Counted from the first letter of the stretch, positions 41,413-55,969 are shown. The stretch is DNA of 64,000 nt from the human T2T-CHM13v2.0 reference genome, Homo sapiens (GCF_009914755.1 NC_060929.1), one strand, 5' to 3'. Notes: generated by a model not told the origin, from the letters alone. Made by a program: numbers and translations.

Positions 41413-42661
41413 TTTTTCCTCAGATCTGGGCTATATTTAGCTTGTGTGTTTTTTCCTCATTTTCCTCAAACCCCAGAATGTCCCCAGGAATTCAAGGAGT
41501 CTGGAGGTTAATGCCCAGTCTTAAGTATTTAGTCATGAAAATTAAATTTGAAAATATTCTTTCAGGAACCATCTCACTGACTAAAACCATGACTGATTTA
41601 AAATGCTACTTAGGAATATACAAGGCAGAAATTTTAAAGATGATGCAGAGTGTTATGACTAGAAAGTTCTGATGGAATCTTTTACCCACTCACGCATTCA
41701 TTAATTCATAAAATAAACGTCTTTTAAGAACCTGTGCTGGGCCAGACTCTCTGCAGGTGCTTTACCCTTATTATCTCCTAGCCCTCACCACCATACTAGC
41801 TCAGCAGCAGCATCTGGTATTGGAAGTCGGTCTGCCTAAATATGAGCTATTTTGTTTAAAACCACAGGTGTAAGCCTATCTGTAAAATACATCAGTTTTC
41901 CTCAGTAGACAACGTGGTAGCAACCACACTGAAATTGCCTTGAACCTCTTTCAGACCCTGGTGTTCAAGGGAGCCGATCTGATGAGCGCCTGTGGGAAGC
42001 TGGTACCTGAGGGGCAGCACGTGCTGCCCTCTCACTAGCGTGTCTCCAAGGTGGACCATGTACAATGATCCCCTGGGGAGCAGAAAGCAGCCAGGAAACT
42101 TGCCATTCTGTTTATTTTTCTCTGATAAAAAGGTGGATTAAGCTTTATTAATATACCATTTAGACCGATAACAGTACTTTCACAAGTTGAAATGTCAGAC
42201 TGCCTGGGGTCACATTTGATACGGGCATCCCCACAACCAGGGGCCTGACTTGTTCATTAGAGCCCACTGCGATTTGTGGGGCCTGATAGGTGGACTTATG
42301 AGTTATATTATCTGCATTCACCTAAACCTCACAAAAGGCACACATGGCTTACCAGGAGTCCTGCTGGGAAACCACCGGTTGAAGATTAAACCACGAGCTC
42401 ACGTGAATGGCAGTAGCACCTGCGCTGTCGCTTCTGCAAGTCCTCCTGAAAGTTCTCTGCAGCCCTCCCTTAATCTGACCCTTCAGAGTAAAGGCCCTTG
42501 GGACACCAAGTGGGAAAGTAGGTGACTTTTGAAAGAAAACAAATCTTGGAGAGAATAATTTGAACATGGATGTTTTTAAAAATGTCTATTATTATGGGAT
42601 GTTGTTGCCAGAATGAATGTGTGTAACCTATAAAATTCTCTCTACCTCCCTTAAAACTTGA

Positions 42662-42915
42662 TTGGGAGGCCGAGGCAGGCAGATCACCTGAGGTCAGGAG
42701 TTCAAAACCAACATGGTGAAACTCCATCTCTACTAAAAATACAAAAGTTAGCCGGGCGTGGTGGCATGCACGCCTATAATCCCAGCTATTCAGGAAGGTG
42801 AGGCAGGAGAATGGCTTGAACCTGGGAGGCGGAGATTGCAGCAAGCTGAGATCATGCCACTGCACTTCAGCCTGGGCAACAGAGCGAGACTCCATCTCAA
42901 AACACAAAAACCAAA
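42662..42915 (+). mobile_element. 5'-truncated AluSx-like with a small internal deletion
   Basis: Begins at ttgggaggccgagg; gagttcaaaaccaacatggtg lacks agcctggcc. Confidence 0.9.
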
Positions 42916-44933
42916 AAACTTGGAAGTAGAATTTTTAGCCTGTTTAAAATGTTTCATAGGAAGAGTTTGGGTGGGTCTTTGACCTCAAATTGTTTTAAAT
43001 GCAACATTTTCCCATTGTTCTGTAAAGAACAACTGTGTGACATCAAGAAGGGCAATTTCCTGACCAAATCTCATCAGGAAATCTTTGTATTTTAGGTGGA
43101 CAGAATTGAAAGAATAAGTATTGTGATTTAGCAAGTGCAGTTGTTGGGTCTACTTGTCTTCATAAGATATTTTGACAATGGCAGTCATTAAAACCAGGTA
43201 TTGATGAGATAAGCTGAATTTTCAGTCACTGTTGAACACAAGCAACAGCAATCACTGTGTTGCAACCTAATAGAGCATATCTATTCACAGTACTCACAAA
43301 TTAAAATATTATCACTACTCATATTAGAATAAGAACAGCAGGGTTTTTTGTACCAGTAATAGATACAATAAAATAAAATTTGTTTATTACTTCATCTTCA
43401 TATTATTTTAAAATATCTTTTTGTATGTGTTTTATACGGTATCTAGTTGGCACAGTAGTATCTTGATATCAGGTATAATTAAATATGCACTAAATATGCT
43501 AAATATGTTAAATATAAATAACCTAAATATGTTAGGGTTCTTTTACATTGGAGAAGTGTATGATAAAAAACGTTTGGAAAATACTGGTCTAACACTGTTC
43601 CATCCTGAATGGAACCTCCTACTCTAGGTTTTAAGTAAAATAGTGTAGTAACAGACTGTGTAGAACCTTTTTATTTAAAGATATTCTTTTTGTTTATAAT
43701 TTATTTATAACTTGTTTATAATTTATTACATAAGGTGCTCTGTTTTCAAAAATCTGTGTTTTAAAAGTTCTTTCCCATTCAGAATGTGTCCACCTCTTGC
43801 TTGTGGGGTGTAAGTGGTGGGTTATTTTCAGGCTAGATGAAGGGCCTCACTTCCACATAGCTGAATCCAGAGTGAATTCTAGTTGTGGCAATGGAGTTAA
43901 GGTCTTAAGAAAGTCTAACACTTTCTAAAACATTTCCTGGTTTTGCCTTCTCTACTTTTTCTTGTCTCCATTTAGACAACAGATATTGGTTTTCAAAAAA
44001 AAAACTTTACTTTTTCCACAGAGGATGGTGGTGTTCTGAGAGGGAATTGTGGCTAGTATTCCATTTTTGCTATTTCCCAACCCTTGGAGGATTCAGGATG
44101 AAATCGTAACATCTCTTGTTCCAGAGTGCCTTTCATGTAACTGATACACAAATAAATTGACATTTCTTTTTTTATCTCTCATACACCTGGAATATCAGAG
44201 GATATTCCACAGTATTATTCCGGAAAGACATCAGAGCAGTGTGGATATGATGTTGGAACTCTGATCATCTGTTTCTGTTATTATTTTAAAACATTCACGA
44301 TAGGAGACTAATCCTGGATCCCTCTTGCCCCAGTGAGACCTTCTTTATATTCCACATCCATTACCGAATTCAGCACCGTCGCACCCAGGGTGCTGCTTGT
44401 GGGCTTGCTTATTTCAGGCATTATTATTCTTTGTCTCTGCACCACCCACCCACCTACCCCTATTCAAGACTTTCTCCACGGGCCTCTCTTGTACTATTTT
44501 GGAAAAATCTGGGCCCTTCTTAGTTCTTTTGTAAAAACTACTCTCTTCACTAAACTCAGGCCCATGACTGTGCCCTGGAAGCTATTTGTGATTAGTCAAA
44601 AGAGTGCCTTCCTTGTTTGTCCTCGCCGCTGCCGTTGTTGTTTACTGCTTTTTTCCTTTCCTCTAAGATCATCATGGCAGTTTTCTCATTTGCTCTGGGT
44701 CCTCTGGCTTACTCTCAGAGTTTCTGGGTGGATATTCCTTTTCATGATATCTAGTTGCCTACCTACCAAACTACCTACTGAACTTTTTAATTTGAAGATA
44801 TTCTTCCTGGACTACTTGTTTATAGTTTATTAAATGAACTGCTCTATTTCTAAAAACTTTATTTTTAAAGTCCTTTCCCGTTTAGAATGCGGCATACTCT
44901 TGCTTGTGGGGTATATATCTCTGATCGTGATAA

Positions 44934-45319
<386 letters not shown>

Positions 45320-45471
45320 ATATTCTGCACAAATCTTATGTGTCAGCCACACTAGTTTACTAACTAACCTCTTGACTTGGCCCGTGTGATTATAGACCCT
45401 GTACCTGTACCCTCCTCTTTTCTCATCTCTGTTTGCCAAGGCACCCCACAGGCTTATTTCCAGTACACCCT

Positions 45472-46006
45472 TGTGTTAGGGTTCTCTAGAGGGACAGAAC
45501 TAATAGGATAGATGTATGTATGAAGAGCAGTTTATTAAGATGAATTGACTCACACAATCACAAGGTGAAGTCTCACGATAGGCTCTCTGCAAGCTAAGGA
45601 GCAAGGAAGCCAATCCAAGTCCCAAAACCTCAAATGCAGAGAAGCTGACAGTGTAGCCTTCAGTCTCTGGCCAAAGGCCTGAGAGCCCCTGGCAAACCAC
45701 TGGTGTAACTTTAAGAGTCCAAAAGCTGAAAAACTTGGAGTCTGATGTTTAAGGGCAGGAAGCATCCAGCATGGGAGAAAGATGAAGACTGGAAGACTCA
45801 GCAAGTCACCTTCTTCTGCCTGCTTTATCTTGGTTGCGCTGGCAGATGATCACATGCTGCCCACCCAGATTGAAGGTGGGTCTGCCTCTCCCAGTCCACT
45901 GACTCAAATGTTAATCTCCTTTGGCAGCACCCTCACAGACACACCCAGGAACAATACTTTGCATCCTTGAACCCAGTCAAATTGACACTCAGTATTAACC
46001 ATCACA
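45472..46006 (-). mobile_element. MLT2A (MLT2A2-like) 3' LTR of HERV-L
   Basis: agggttctctagagggacagaactaatagga...ttgacactcagtattaaccatcaca; ~535 bp; a purine-rich PPT-like tract abuts on the - strand. Confidence 0.9.
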
Positions 46007-49000
46007 AGCCCACCCCTCGTCAACTTGAACCCATACACATCTCCTGAAATCATACTTAATCTTCAAATAAAGACAATAATGAGGTCATAATTATGTGTAA
46101 CGTAATACAGCTATTCTTCATGCAACCAGAAGCTCACTAATCTTAACCTAAATGTTATTACATAAAGTTAACATTTAAATGCTGATAAGAAATCCATTTA
46201 TCTTATATCACATGATAAGGGAAAAAGAAAGGAAATAAAATGAAGATATTTTCTTAAGTGTATACTTGCACAAACATGTTCTGTTAAAAATAAGGAGGAA
46301 ATGTGACAGTTACAGTCCTCATTCATGCAACTGGTCATGTGATCATAGCTGGTATTGATGACTACCTTCTTCTACTGTCTATTCTGTATTCCCTTTGCCC
46401 TCAGCCAGCACCTCAGTGGGTCATGGTTTTTTACCTGGTGGAGTGATCCAAACCTTCATTCCTGAAGGGTCTGGGCCATTTGTAGTCCTGCCTGGATTGG
46501 GCTGTTGTAGTTTCCCATTCACCTTAAATCACAGGGCATGGTAATATTAAGAACCATCCAAAAGGATCTCTTGTATTCCACTCATACTCTTCCTTTCTCC
46601 ATTGTGGAGTAGTAGACTGATTCCATCTTGATAGTCTTGGTCAGTCACCCCAACCAACACTGTAACTCCCTTCTTAGCCTGTTGACTTAGAGGTAGGAAG
46701 AGCTCATAGTGTCCAGATGGCAATCTTAACTTCCAGTTTAATGGAATCATTGTTGTGTCTCCTGGTGGCAGCATTCCTCCCTCTGGAACTGACACCTTTA
46801 GGTTAGCAGAACATAATGTCGAGGGAACAGAAAGCAAACATTTTGCTAGTGGGTCACTAGGGGTGATGGTAAATGATGCCACTTCCACTTCCACCCCTTG
46901 ATTCCTAGACGCGTGAATCCTGGCTATGAGAGAAGCAGTAGCATATATTGGATGCTGATTCAAAGAATACACAGCCTCCTAGAGAGCTGCCCCAGCCCTG
47001 CAAAGTATTGTCACCTAGCTGGCATTGTAATTGTGACTTCAAAAGGCCGTTACATCGTTCGGTCAATCCAGCTGCTTCAGGATGATGGAGAAAATTGTAA
47101 GACCAGTGAATTTCAGGAGCATGAGCTGACTGCTGCACTTCTTTAGCTGTGAAGTGAGTGCCTTGATCAGAGGCAGTGCTGTGTGAAATACCATGACTGT
47201 GGATAAGGCATTCTGTGAGTCCATGGATGGTAGTCTTGGCAGAAGCATTGCGTGCAGGATAGGCAAACCCATATCTGGAGTAAGTGTCTGTTCTGGTAAG
47301 GACAAACCTCTGCCTTTTCCATGATGGAAGAGGTCCAGTATAATCAACCTGCCACCAAGTAGCTGGCTGATCACCCCAAGGAATGGTGCCATATCACGGG
47401 CTCAGTGATAGTCTCTGCTGCTGGCAAATTGGGCACTCAGTGGTGGCCATAGCTAGGTCGGCCTTGCTGAGTGTAAGTCCATGTTGCTGAGCCCATGCAT
47501 AACCTCCATCCCTGACACCATGGCCACTTTGTTCATGGGCCCATTGGGCAATGACAGGAATAGCTGAGGAAAGAGACCGAGTGGTGTCCACAGAACGAGT
47601 CATCCTATCCACTTGATTATTAAAATGCTCCTCTGCTGAGGTCATCCTTTGGTGAACACTCATATGGGATAGAAATATCTTCACAGGTTTTGACCACTCA
47701 GAGGGGTCCATCCACATACCTCTTCCCCAGATTTCTTTGTCACCAATTTTCCAATCATGCTTCTTCCAAGTCCCTGACCATCAAGCCAAACCATTGGCTA
47801 TAGCCCGTGAATCAGTATATAATCACACATCAGACCATTTCTCCTCCCATGCAAAGTGTACAGCCAGGTTCACTGCTCAAAGTTCTGCCCACTGGGAAGA
47901 TTTGCCTTCACCACTGTCCTTCAGGGCTGTCCTAGAAAGGGACTGTAGTGCTGCAGCTGTCCACTTTCAGGTGGTGCCTGCATATCATGCAGAACCATAT
48001 GTGAACCAGGACCTAGTCATCTCTTCCACTGATCATAGGGAACTCCCTGTGAAGCCATTGGTGCAGGCTGGGGAGGAGAAGGCTGGGTGGCAGTAGTGGG
48101 AACCATGGGCATTTGAGCCACTTCCTCATGTAACTTACTTGTGCCTTCAGGACCTGCTCAAGCCTGATTACGTATATATCACTTCCATTTAATGGTGAAA
48201 AGCTGCTGTGCATGACCCACTTTATGGCTAGATGGATCAAAAAGCATCCTGCTCGTGATAGGCAGTTCAGGTTGCATGGTAAGTTGGCAACCCATAGTCA
48301 AGCGTTCAGTTTCTACAAAAGCCAAGTAACAGGCCAAGAGCTGTCTCTCAAAAGGAGAGTAGTTATCTGCAGATGATGGCAGGGCCTTGCTCCAAAAATC
48401 TTAGAGGCCTTTGCTGTAATTCACCTATGAGGGCCTGCCAAAGTATCCCTATCTGCCACTGACACCTCAAGCACCATTGGATCTGCTGGGTCATATGGCT
48501 CAAGTGGCAGAGCAGCTTGCACAACAGCCTGGACTTGTTGCAGAGCCTTCTCCTGTTCTGGACTCGAAACTGGCAGCCTTTTGGGTCACTCAATAAATGG
48601 GCTGGAGTAATGTGTCGCCTCCAAAATCTACATAGGTCCACTAAGCATTGTGCCTCTTTCTTGGTTGTAGGAGGGGCCAAATGCAGCAACTTATCCTTCA
48701 CCTTACAAGGAATATCTCAACAGGCCCCACACCACTGGACCCCTAGGAATTTCACTGAGGTAGAAGGTACCTGAATTTTAGTCAGATTTATTTCTCAACC
48801 TCTGGCATGCAAGTGTCTCACCAATAAGTCCAGTGTGCTTGCTACTGCTTGCTTATAGGATCCAGTCAGCATAATGTTATCAGTGTTATGGACCAGTGTG
48901 ATACCTTGTGGAAGGGAAAATGGATCAAAATCTCTGTGAACAAGATTATGACACAAAATCGAGAGTTGTTGTACGCTGAGGTAGGACAGTGAAGGTGTAT

Positions 49001-49621
49001 TGCTGGCCTTGCCAGCTGAAAGCAAATTACTTCTGGTGGGCCTTATGGACAGAAATGGAGAAAAAGGCATTTGCCAAATCAATGGCTGCATACCAGGTAC
49101 CAGGAAATGTGTTAATTTGCTCAGGCAATGAAACCACATCTGGTACAGCAGCTGCAGTTGGAGTTACCACTTGGCTAAGCTTATGCGAATACACTGTCAT
49201 TCTCCAAAATCCATCTGTCTTCTGCACAGGCCAAATAGGAGAGTTGAATGGATATGTGGTGGAAATCACCCCTGCATCTCTCAAGTCCTTGATGGTGGCA
49301 CTAATCTCTGTAATCCCTCCAGGGATGTGATGTTTTTGATTACTATTTTTCTAGGTAGAGGCAGCTCTAACGGCTTCCATTCGGCCTTCCCACCATAATT
49401 GCCCTCACCCTACCAGTCAGGGAGCCAATGTGTGGGTGCTGCCAGCTGCTAATCATGTCTATACCAATTCTGCATTCTGGCATTGGGGAAATGACCACAG
49501 GATGAGTCCGGGGAATCAGTGGACCTAAAACTCCATTAATTACCTGACCTCCGTAAGCCCCTACTTTAACTGGAGGACCACAATGATGTTTTGGGCCCTC
49601 TGGAATCAATGTCAGCTCAGA
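46007..49621 (-). mobile_element. HERV-L internal region (partial protease, RT, RNase H, integrase, dUTPase), inactivated
   Basis: Minus-strand fragments: SELTLIP..PPVKVGAYGGQVING (protease), [33 protein letters not shown] (RT), WAHEQSGH..ECPICQQ (integrase HHCC), VPEGGMLPPGDTTMIPLNWKLRLP..GVTDQDYQ (dUTPase after integrase, as in ERV-L). Many frameshifts. Confidence 0.95.
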
Positions 49622-50059
49622 CTTTTCTTGATTCTCCACATCCAGGTGTGCTATTCTTAAACCTTAATGCACTTTAGTTGACCATTACCCCATCACATTT
49701 TTCCTTCTGTTATAGCTCTTATGGTATTGGTCTTAGTTCTCCACACCAGATTATCAGTCCTGTATGTCACCCATCTGGGCTCCCCACAGTGTCACCTAAC
49801 TTTAGCTCAATCCTCCTTGATTGTTGTCCCAAGGCTGCCAGATACATACTTGGTTTTGATGATATTTGATATTATTTTAATCCTTCTTTTTGTTTGCTGA
49901 AAATAAATTTATGGTTTTTTTTTTGTTCTTTGATAGCTTGGAACATAATCCTATATTTCAATGAGTCATGTCTGCATGATTTCATTATGTAGTATTTCAT
50001 TGTATTATATTCTCTACATTGATAGGGATATTTCTGTATTACTTGATATATTTAACTTT

Positions 50060-50760
50060 TGAAATTAAGCGGCATAAAAATTTTTAAATTTTGTACAGCA
50101 AAAATGTCACCACAAATTCAAATCCTAAGACAAAAAGACTGAAAAAATATATTCAAGACATATGACAAAGATCTGATTCCTATGATATGCAAAGAGCTTT
50201 TACAAATCATTAGGAGGAAGACAATCTAATAAGAAAATTGGCAGAATTCATTCATTTAAAAATCATTATAAATGATCAGTAAATGGGAAAAGATACTTGA
50301 TTAATCAAGAAATGGTAGATTAAATGAGATAAGGTATTAACTTTTGGATCTGCAAAGATTAAAACAAAACATTTGTGCCCATCATTGGTAAGGGTACAAA
50401 GGAATAATCATTCCCATATACCTTTAAGGGAACTGAAATTGTAGCAACCTTTTGAGAAACCAACTTGACAATTCCCTCTCTATGAATCTGTCTTACAATT
50501 ATTCTTACATAATTTGGCCGTGCTGTATGTAAGGCATTTTCATTGCAATATAATTATTAACATTGCCCAATAAGAGGGGATTTGGTTAAAAATGTATTGG
50601 AATATTCATATAGTGGAAAGATTTACAAAATGCTCCATGGAAATTCCAAAGAATGCTTTAAATGTATGTATTCTGATAAGGAAAGATGTCCAACACCTAT
50701 GGCTGATATAGGAAGAAATATGGGAAATTCTCCAGAGACACTTTTTTTTAATATAGTGTT
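50060..50760 (+). mobile_element. Old L1ME-like ORF2 end / 3' UTR remnant
   Basis: atatgacaaag...aaagagcttttacaaatca...aaaattggca...aaagatact; highly diverged. Confidence 0.5.
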
Positions 50761-53700
50761 TGTCTTCTGATCAGTAACATTCACAATTTGGAGGTCCGTG
50801 AAGACCAAAATGTGGGAAATCTTGTAATCACTCAGTCATTAAAAAAAAAAAAAAAACAGGCAAAAAGATCTTATCTTTTTATGATTGGAGTTGTTTAAAG
50901 TGCTGTTTAAGTGTAAGAAACCTGTGTTATTTATTCTCATAGCCACAACTTTCTGTTGTTATTCTTCTTTTAGCAAGACAAATAACATGAGTTTAGTAAT
51001 TGTGCCATATTATCACTAGCCAAATAAGAGAATTTGCTGTAGAAGTACAAGGATGAAAGTCACTCTTCCAGATTGATGCTATTTATTTTTCATTGGCACA
51101 CAAAAGGTTGCTAGTATCCCCTGGTCAGGTTCTGCCAGCCCTTTACACCAGTAATTGTATTGTTCCATGTCTTTATCAAGGAATCCCTTGCCAGTGAGTT
51201 TTTGGGAGGGACAAGTGTCAAGGAAGAGAAGCCACGATGAAGTCCCCGTGATTGAGCAAAGATTACACTGCTGAGGGCATTCTACAAAAACTTGTCAGTT
51301 TGCTGCCCAAATAAATGCCTAGAGTGCGTAAAACGCAGAGCACAGTGACCCCAGGAAGAAAAATCAATTGCAATTCATATTTCATATGTCTATGATTGCT
51401 TGTGAGAGCATGGCAGCGGTTTGTTTGCAGGGCAGCTTTTCCTCTCCTGTTGTTTCCTTTCTTTTCCCTTTTCTAATGGTATGTCTTTCACATTCTCTGA
51501 TTTACAGTGGAGCAAAATTTGGATTTTTTTTTTCTTATCCACATTACCATTCTTATTACTGGTGCCCTGTACTGGATTTGGTAGTGTATTGCACTGTAGA
51601 CAGGCATAGACCATACACTAGGAATGGTTATTTTGCTTTGAGATTCTTGAAGGTGTGGGTTGGTGTACTTTGTTTTCCTTTGAAGTGAAGAAATGGGGTT
51701 GTGGAAGAAACCATCTTTTATTCATAGAGTTATTCATTTATTAGGGTTTTAAACATTAAAAGTGAATTTTTACTTGTGGCTGTGGTCTTAAATGCTTTTT
51801 CATCGGAACAGGGGACCCATAATACCTGCTAATTTTAAAAATCACCCAATCTATCAACCCTCTCTTGCTCCAACCCACCCCCACCCCTTCCCAATACATA
51901 CACTTTCTCATAAGAAGCTACTTTTGGATTCGTAGCCCTTCTGTGGACTGAGATGTCATAGGGATAGAGAAAATGCTGCTCACTTTATGGATTACTGTTA
52001 GGTCAACAAAACTTTGGCAGCATTGATTAACTTGACAGTGAGTACAGCAGTACATTTATCACTTATGGCTGTGCTGTAGAAAATCTAATAAGAGGCAAAC
52101 AATTCCCTTTAGAGCAGTAACAGGTTCACTGTGGCTAACGGTGCATGCACTGGAAATTTCTGCCTTTAAATTATACCCTTGCTGCTGGTTGACTCAAAGC
52201 TACTGCACTTCTATAGTCATGCTGTTGCTGTTAATTTCATCACAATTATTTGACTTAAATAAGTATTTAAATTGTTAAGAATATATAGTGTTTAAACATC
52301 AGAGTAGAGGAATTAGGTATACTTCTAAGATTATGATTTTAAAGTAATAGCTGGAAATAGAGAGTTCTATTGTTTGAGTTCTTATGATGATAGGAATATC
52401 ACAAGGAAATTACTTCCCACAATCACCATAAAATTTAGCCTGTTTCATAATGGAGAACTTTGGGGAAAATTTTAGTCTCAGCCAAATATTTTGTAAGATA
52501 TTTGTAATAGTCTTTGATGTGAAATGATATACAAACATTGATAAGAATTTGGTGGAATGTTTCAATTTTTTTTCATATTGAAGATATCCTGGTAAGACTT
52601 TTCATACTTATTTTCTTTTCTCCTATATAACAAATAGCATTACTCATTTTCCCCATGTATTATTTAATCTTTAACAATGCACTTTGGTATACATTTGAAA
52701 AACTAGGACAAAATATGTTCATTGAATAACACGAATTATATCTAATGTTTAGAGAAGTGTTTACAAGTGTGATAAATTTAGTAGACCAGGGTAAAGAATA
52801 ACAAGATTAGGTTTTGAACTGTTTTGTAATAGTTATCTGGAAAAGTAAAGAGTATTTGATTAATAAGTAACTCTTGTCACTTTATAGCATACAGAAAATC
52901 TGAAAACATGCTAAAACAAAAGCCGTCTTCTCAGGGGCAGTTCTAATTTCACATGGCAGTGTATATTTTTTTCTATCAAACTTCTTGTTAGACTTTCTAG
53001 AAAGATACCTAATTTATCTTATTTTTATTCCTGTGCTACCCTAGAATTCACAGTTCAGCTGGAGATATCCAGTTAAAATGGAAAAGTTCCCAGCTTTTTT
53101 AGTGTTTTCAGTTTTTCTAGGAAACAGTCTTCAATTGAGGGCTTTTATACAGTAGCATCTGTGAGATGATATAGTTTTCTTTGTTGGGAGAAAGTATTCT
53201 GCTTGAATCAATTGTCAAGAGGTTTAATGTAATAAGGCAGCTTGTGGTATGACTGAAAGAAACACAGTGCACAAGAAATTCCCACAGCAGTTTGTTTTTA
53301 GAAGAAAAACTGAGTTCACCTGAAACATGAATACATTGAAAACCAAGACTTAATAAGGCAGAGCTGAGAAAGAGCTGAAAAGGTTGCTGTCCAAAGGCCC
53401 ATGTCAGTGATCTCATCCAATATTTGTCTTTGAAATTCTAAAAGGCATATAAACCAAAATTACTTTTTCTCAGGCTTTGGGAACTACTGCCTTGAATCAG
53501 TAACATTCAAGCCTGTTGATGTTACTGTTTTGATTTAATTCAATGAGAATGTATTCTGTGTAATCTACAGGGTAAATGTAATATATCCCTTCTAAAACAG
53601 TCTTTTCTGAAAGAGTACGTCTACCACTCTGGATTTCACAGGTTACAATAGTAGTACCCCCACCATTTGCCCTCATGAACAGAGGCCGGGTATTGATTAA

Positions 53701-55969
53701 CTATCACGCTGGCATCAGAACTACTCTTAGGATTCAATTTTTTTGTTGTTTTGCATATTTTATTGATCAAAGTGGTAAATGAGCATCAAGCGTGCAAGAA
53801 GACAATGAATTGTTTACTTGCATAAAATAACCTTTCAATAAGGGAAGATGCATGGCTTACACTTTGGTTCTGTTCTGCGGCCCGAAGCAGATGGCATTCA
53901 GCTGCTATTGATTTGCTTCCATAGTTAAGGAGCAGCCTGCAACCCGGCATGCCCACTGCATTGTGAAAAGGGGTGTAGATCTGGGGACCAGGGTGGAAGC
54001 CAAGAAGGGCTTATGAGCCCACCCCCAAATCCTAAAGAAAAAAATTTTGTTTGGAAACCGTGCATACCTACTTAAATGAAAACTTGAATTAACATAATTA
54101 GATGTGATAGGGCCACTTTATGCCCTGGTGCTTTTAAAGAAAGAACATTTGTGGTCATCACTTATGCAGATGTCTCCAGTGAATAACAAATACAGTAATA
54201 ATCAGAGAATACTAATTTTAAGCATGTGATATTTGAAGAAAACTAAATAAAACCTCTCCTCCTGCCTTCGGGGTAAAATTAGGTAATCTTTAGATACACC
54301 ACATAATGCCCACCGTTGAGCATTCTGGCCTTAAATAAAAATGAATATACAAGTTGTGCCGACAGCCCACCTTTCCATGTTTACCAGTTGTGCCATCTCC
54401 ATTTATTCAGCGGTCCACCCGAATCTTTTGTTAGCAACCACATTTGTTTTTAAAATGACTTTCCTTAATAGGTAGTTGCAGATGTTGAATTTATAAACAT
54501 TTTCCTTGAAGCTGTGTCCAACAATGACTTTATATCTCAAAAACTAGGATAGGTAGGCTAACCTACCGATTGTGGGTTTTTTCCTTCCTTTTCCACACTC
54601 ATTAAATATCAAAAGTCCTTTTGTCAAAAACAATATGAAGAAATAGTAAGTATACTTACATCATAAAACATACATTTTATTCAGTAATACACACATTAGT
54701 CAAGTTTAGCCAACTTTAATTTTTTGCAATTTTTTTTTGCAATTTATAATTTTAAATATAAGTAACAAAAAATTTATCATGAAGCTGTTTGCCCATAATA
54801 GCAGAACTCTGCAGATCTACTTTACTGGGTTCTTCTCACAACCAACCTGTTAGAACAAATAATTGTTTTAAAAGCATTTCAGTAACTGTTATTCCTTATA
54901 ATGGAAATGTTTTATTGTATGCTATTTTTCTTGTTTGTGGAGGAGAGAGGCAAGTTCACTTTGCTTGATCCCAAGTAAATGTTAGCTTTGTCTCTTCCCA
55001 ATATCCACTCCTACTCTGGCAATAAAGAGTTTGGGGTTGAAATTTAATTTACTTTCTTCTATAATAAAATGAAGTTGCATTTCATATTTTTGACCTTCTC
55101 TTCTTCTAGTAGTAGAAAACTCAACTAATTTCTCAAGGTTTTCACATAAGAGACAGTCTTGACAAGCAGAAGGAGTTTAAGGTGCAAGAGGCACACTTGA
55201 AATGCTGGTGTGCTCAGTCGGGTGTGTGCCTTGACTAATTTACTTACTCTGTGCCCCTTCCAGTATCTAGTGTGACAGAGAATACCTACTCCATGCTTTG
55301 CCCCTGAAATATGAGCTTTCATTTCCAAGGTGGGAAAAGAGTATTTGGCATCAGCCTTGTCAGACTCAAAAGGAAGTTGAAAAGAAAGAAGACCTTCACT
55401 CTACAGGTTGCTGTTGGTGGAAGACCAGTTCAAGTATGGGAACAGAGAGCCATTGCCTCTGAAATTGCCGGTGCTCATGCTTTGTCCCATACAAATGAGA
55501 GCTGTGTCCATGAGGTCAAAGGGAATCCGTAAGCTTAAAGTGCAGATGATATCGTGGGGAATATACTTGAATACTTCTAAACCAAGCTCCCAGCACTCCA
55601 TTTGCATGCCAAAGTATTGATTGTGAAAATATTAAAGCAAAATTATTAAGGTTAGAACTTGTCTTAATTCATGCAAAACATATGTTATTTGTGCCAATTT
55701 AGTATGTTTTTAGTAGATAAGTAGTATTTCTACCCTGACATAAAATTAGATATATTTAAAGTGGTATGCTTAATTAGCTTTTCATCAGAAAAAGTCCTCC
55801 CCATTCTCTTGACAACACCCTACACTGAGTATTAGCCATATTTAACAGTCTTTTGGCTGACCCAGGAAAAATTTGGTCAGCATCTTCTAGTATTTAGCCA
55901 AATCCTCTGACAACTTGACTCTTAAATATCAGCAATAGGAGAGTGAGAAGATGAAAAAGATGTACTTTT

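Noticed and set aside
44333-44833. 166-aa hydrophobic ORF resembling a membrane protein
   Set aside because: GTG start, T-rich composition explains the Leu/Phe bias, and no family is recognisable.
46547-49639. Retroviral pol and dUTPase ORFs as functional or domesticated genes
   Set aside because: Fragmented across frames, RT catalytic motif destroyed and protease DTG missing.
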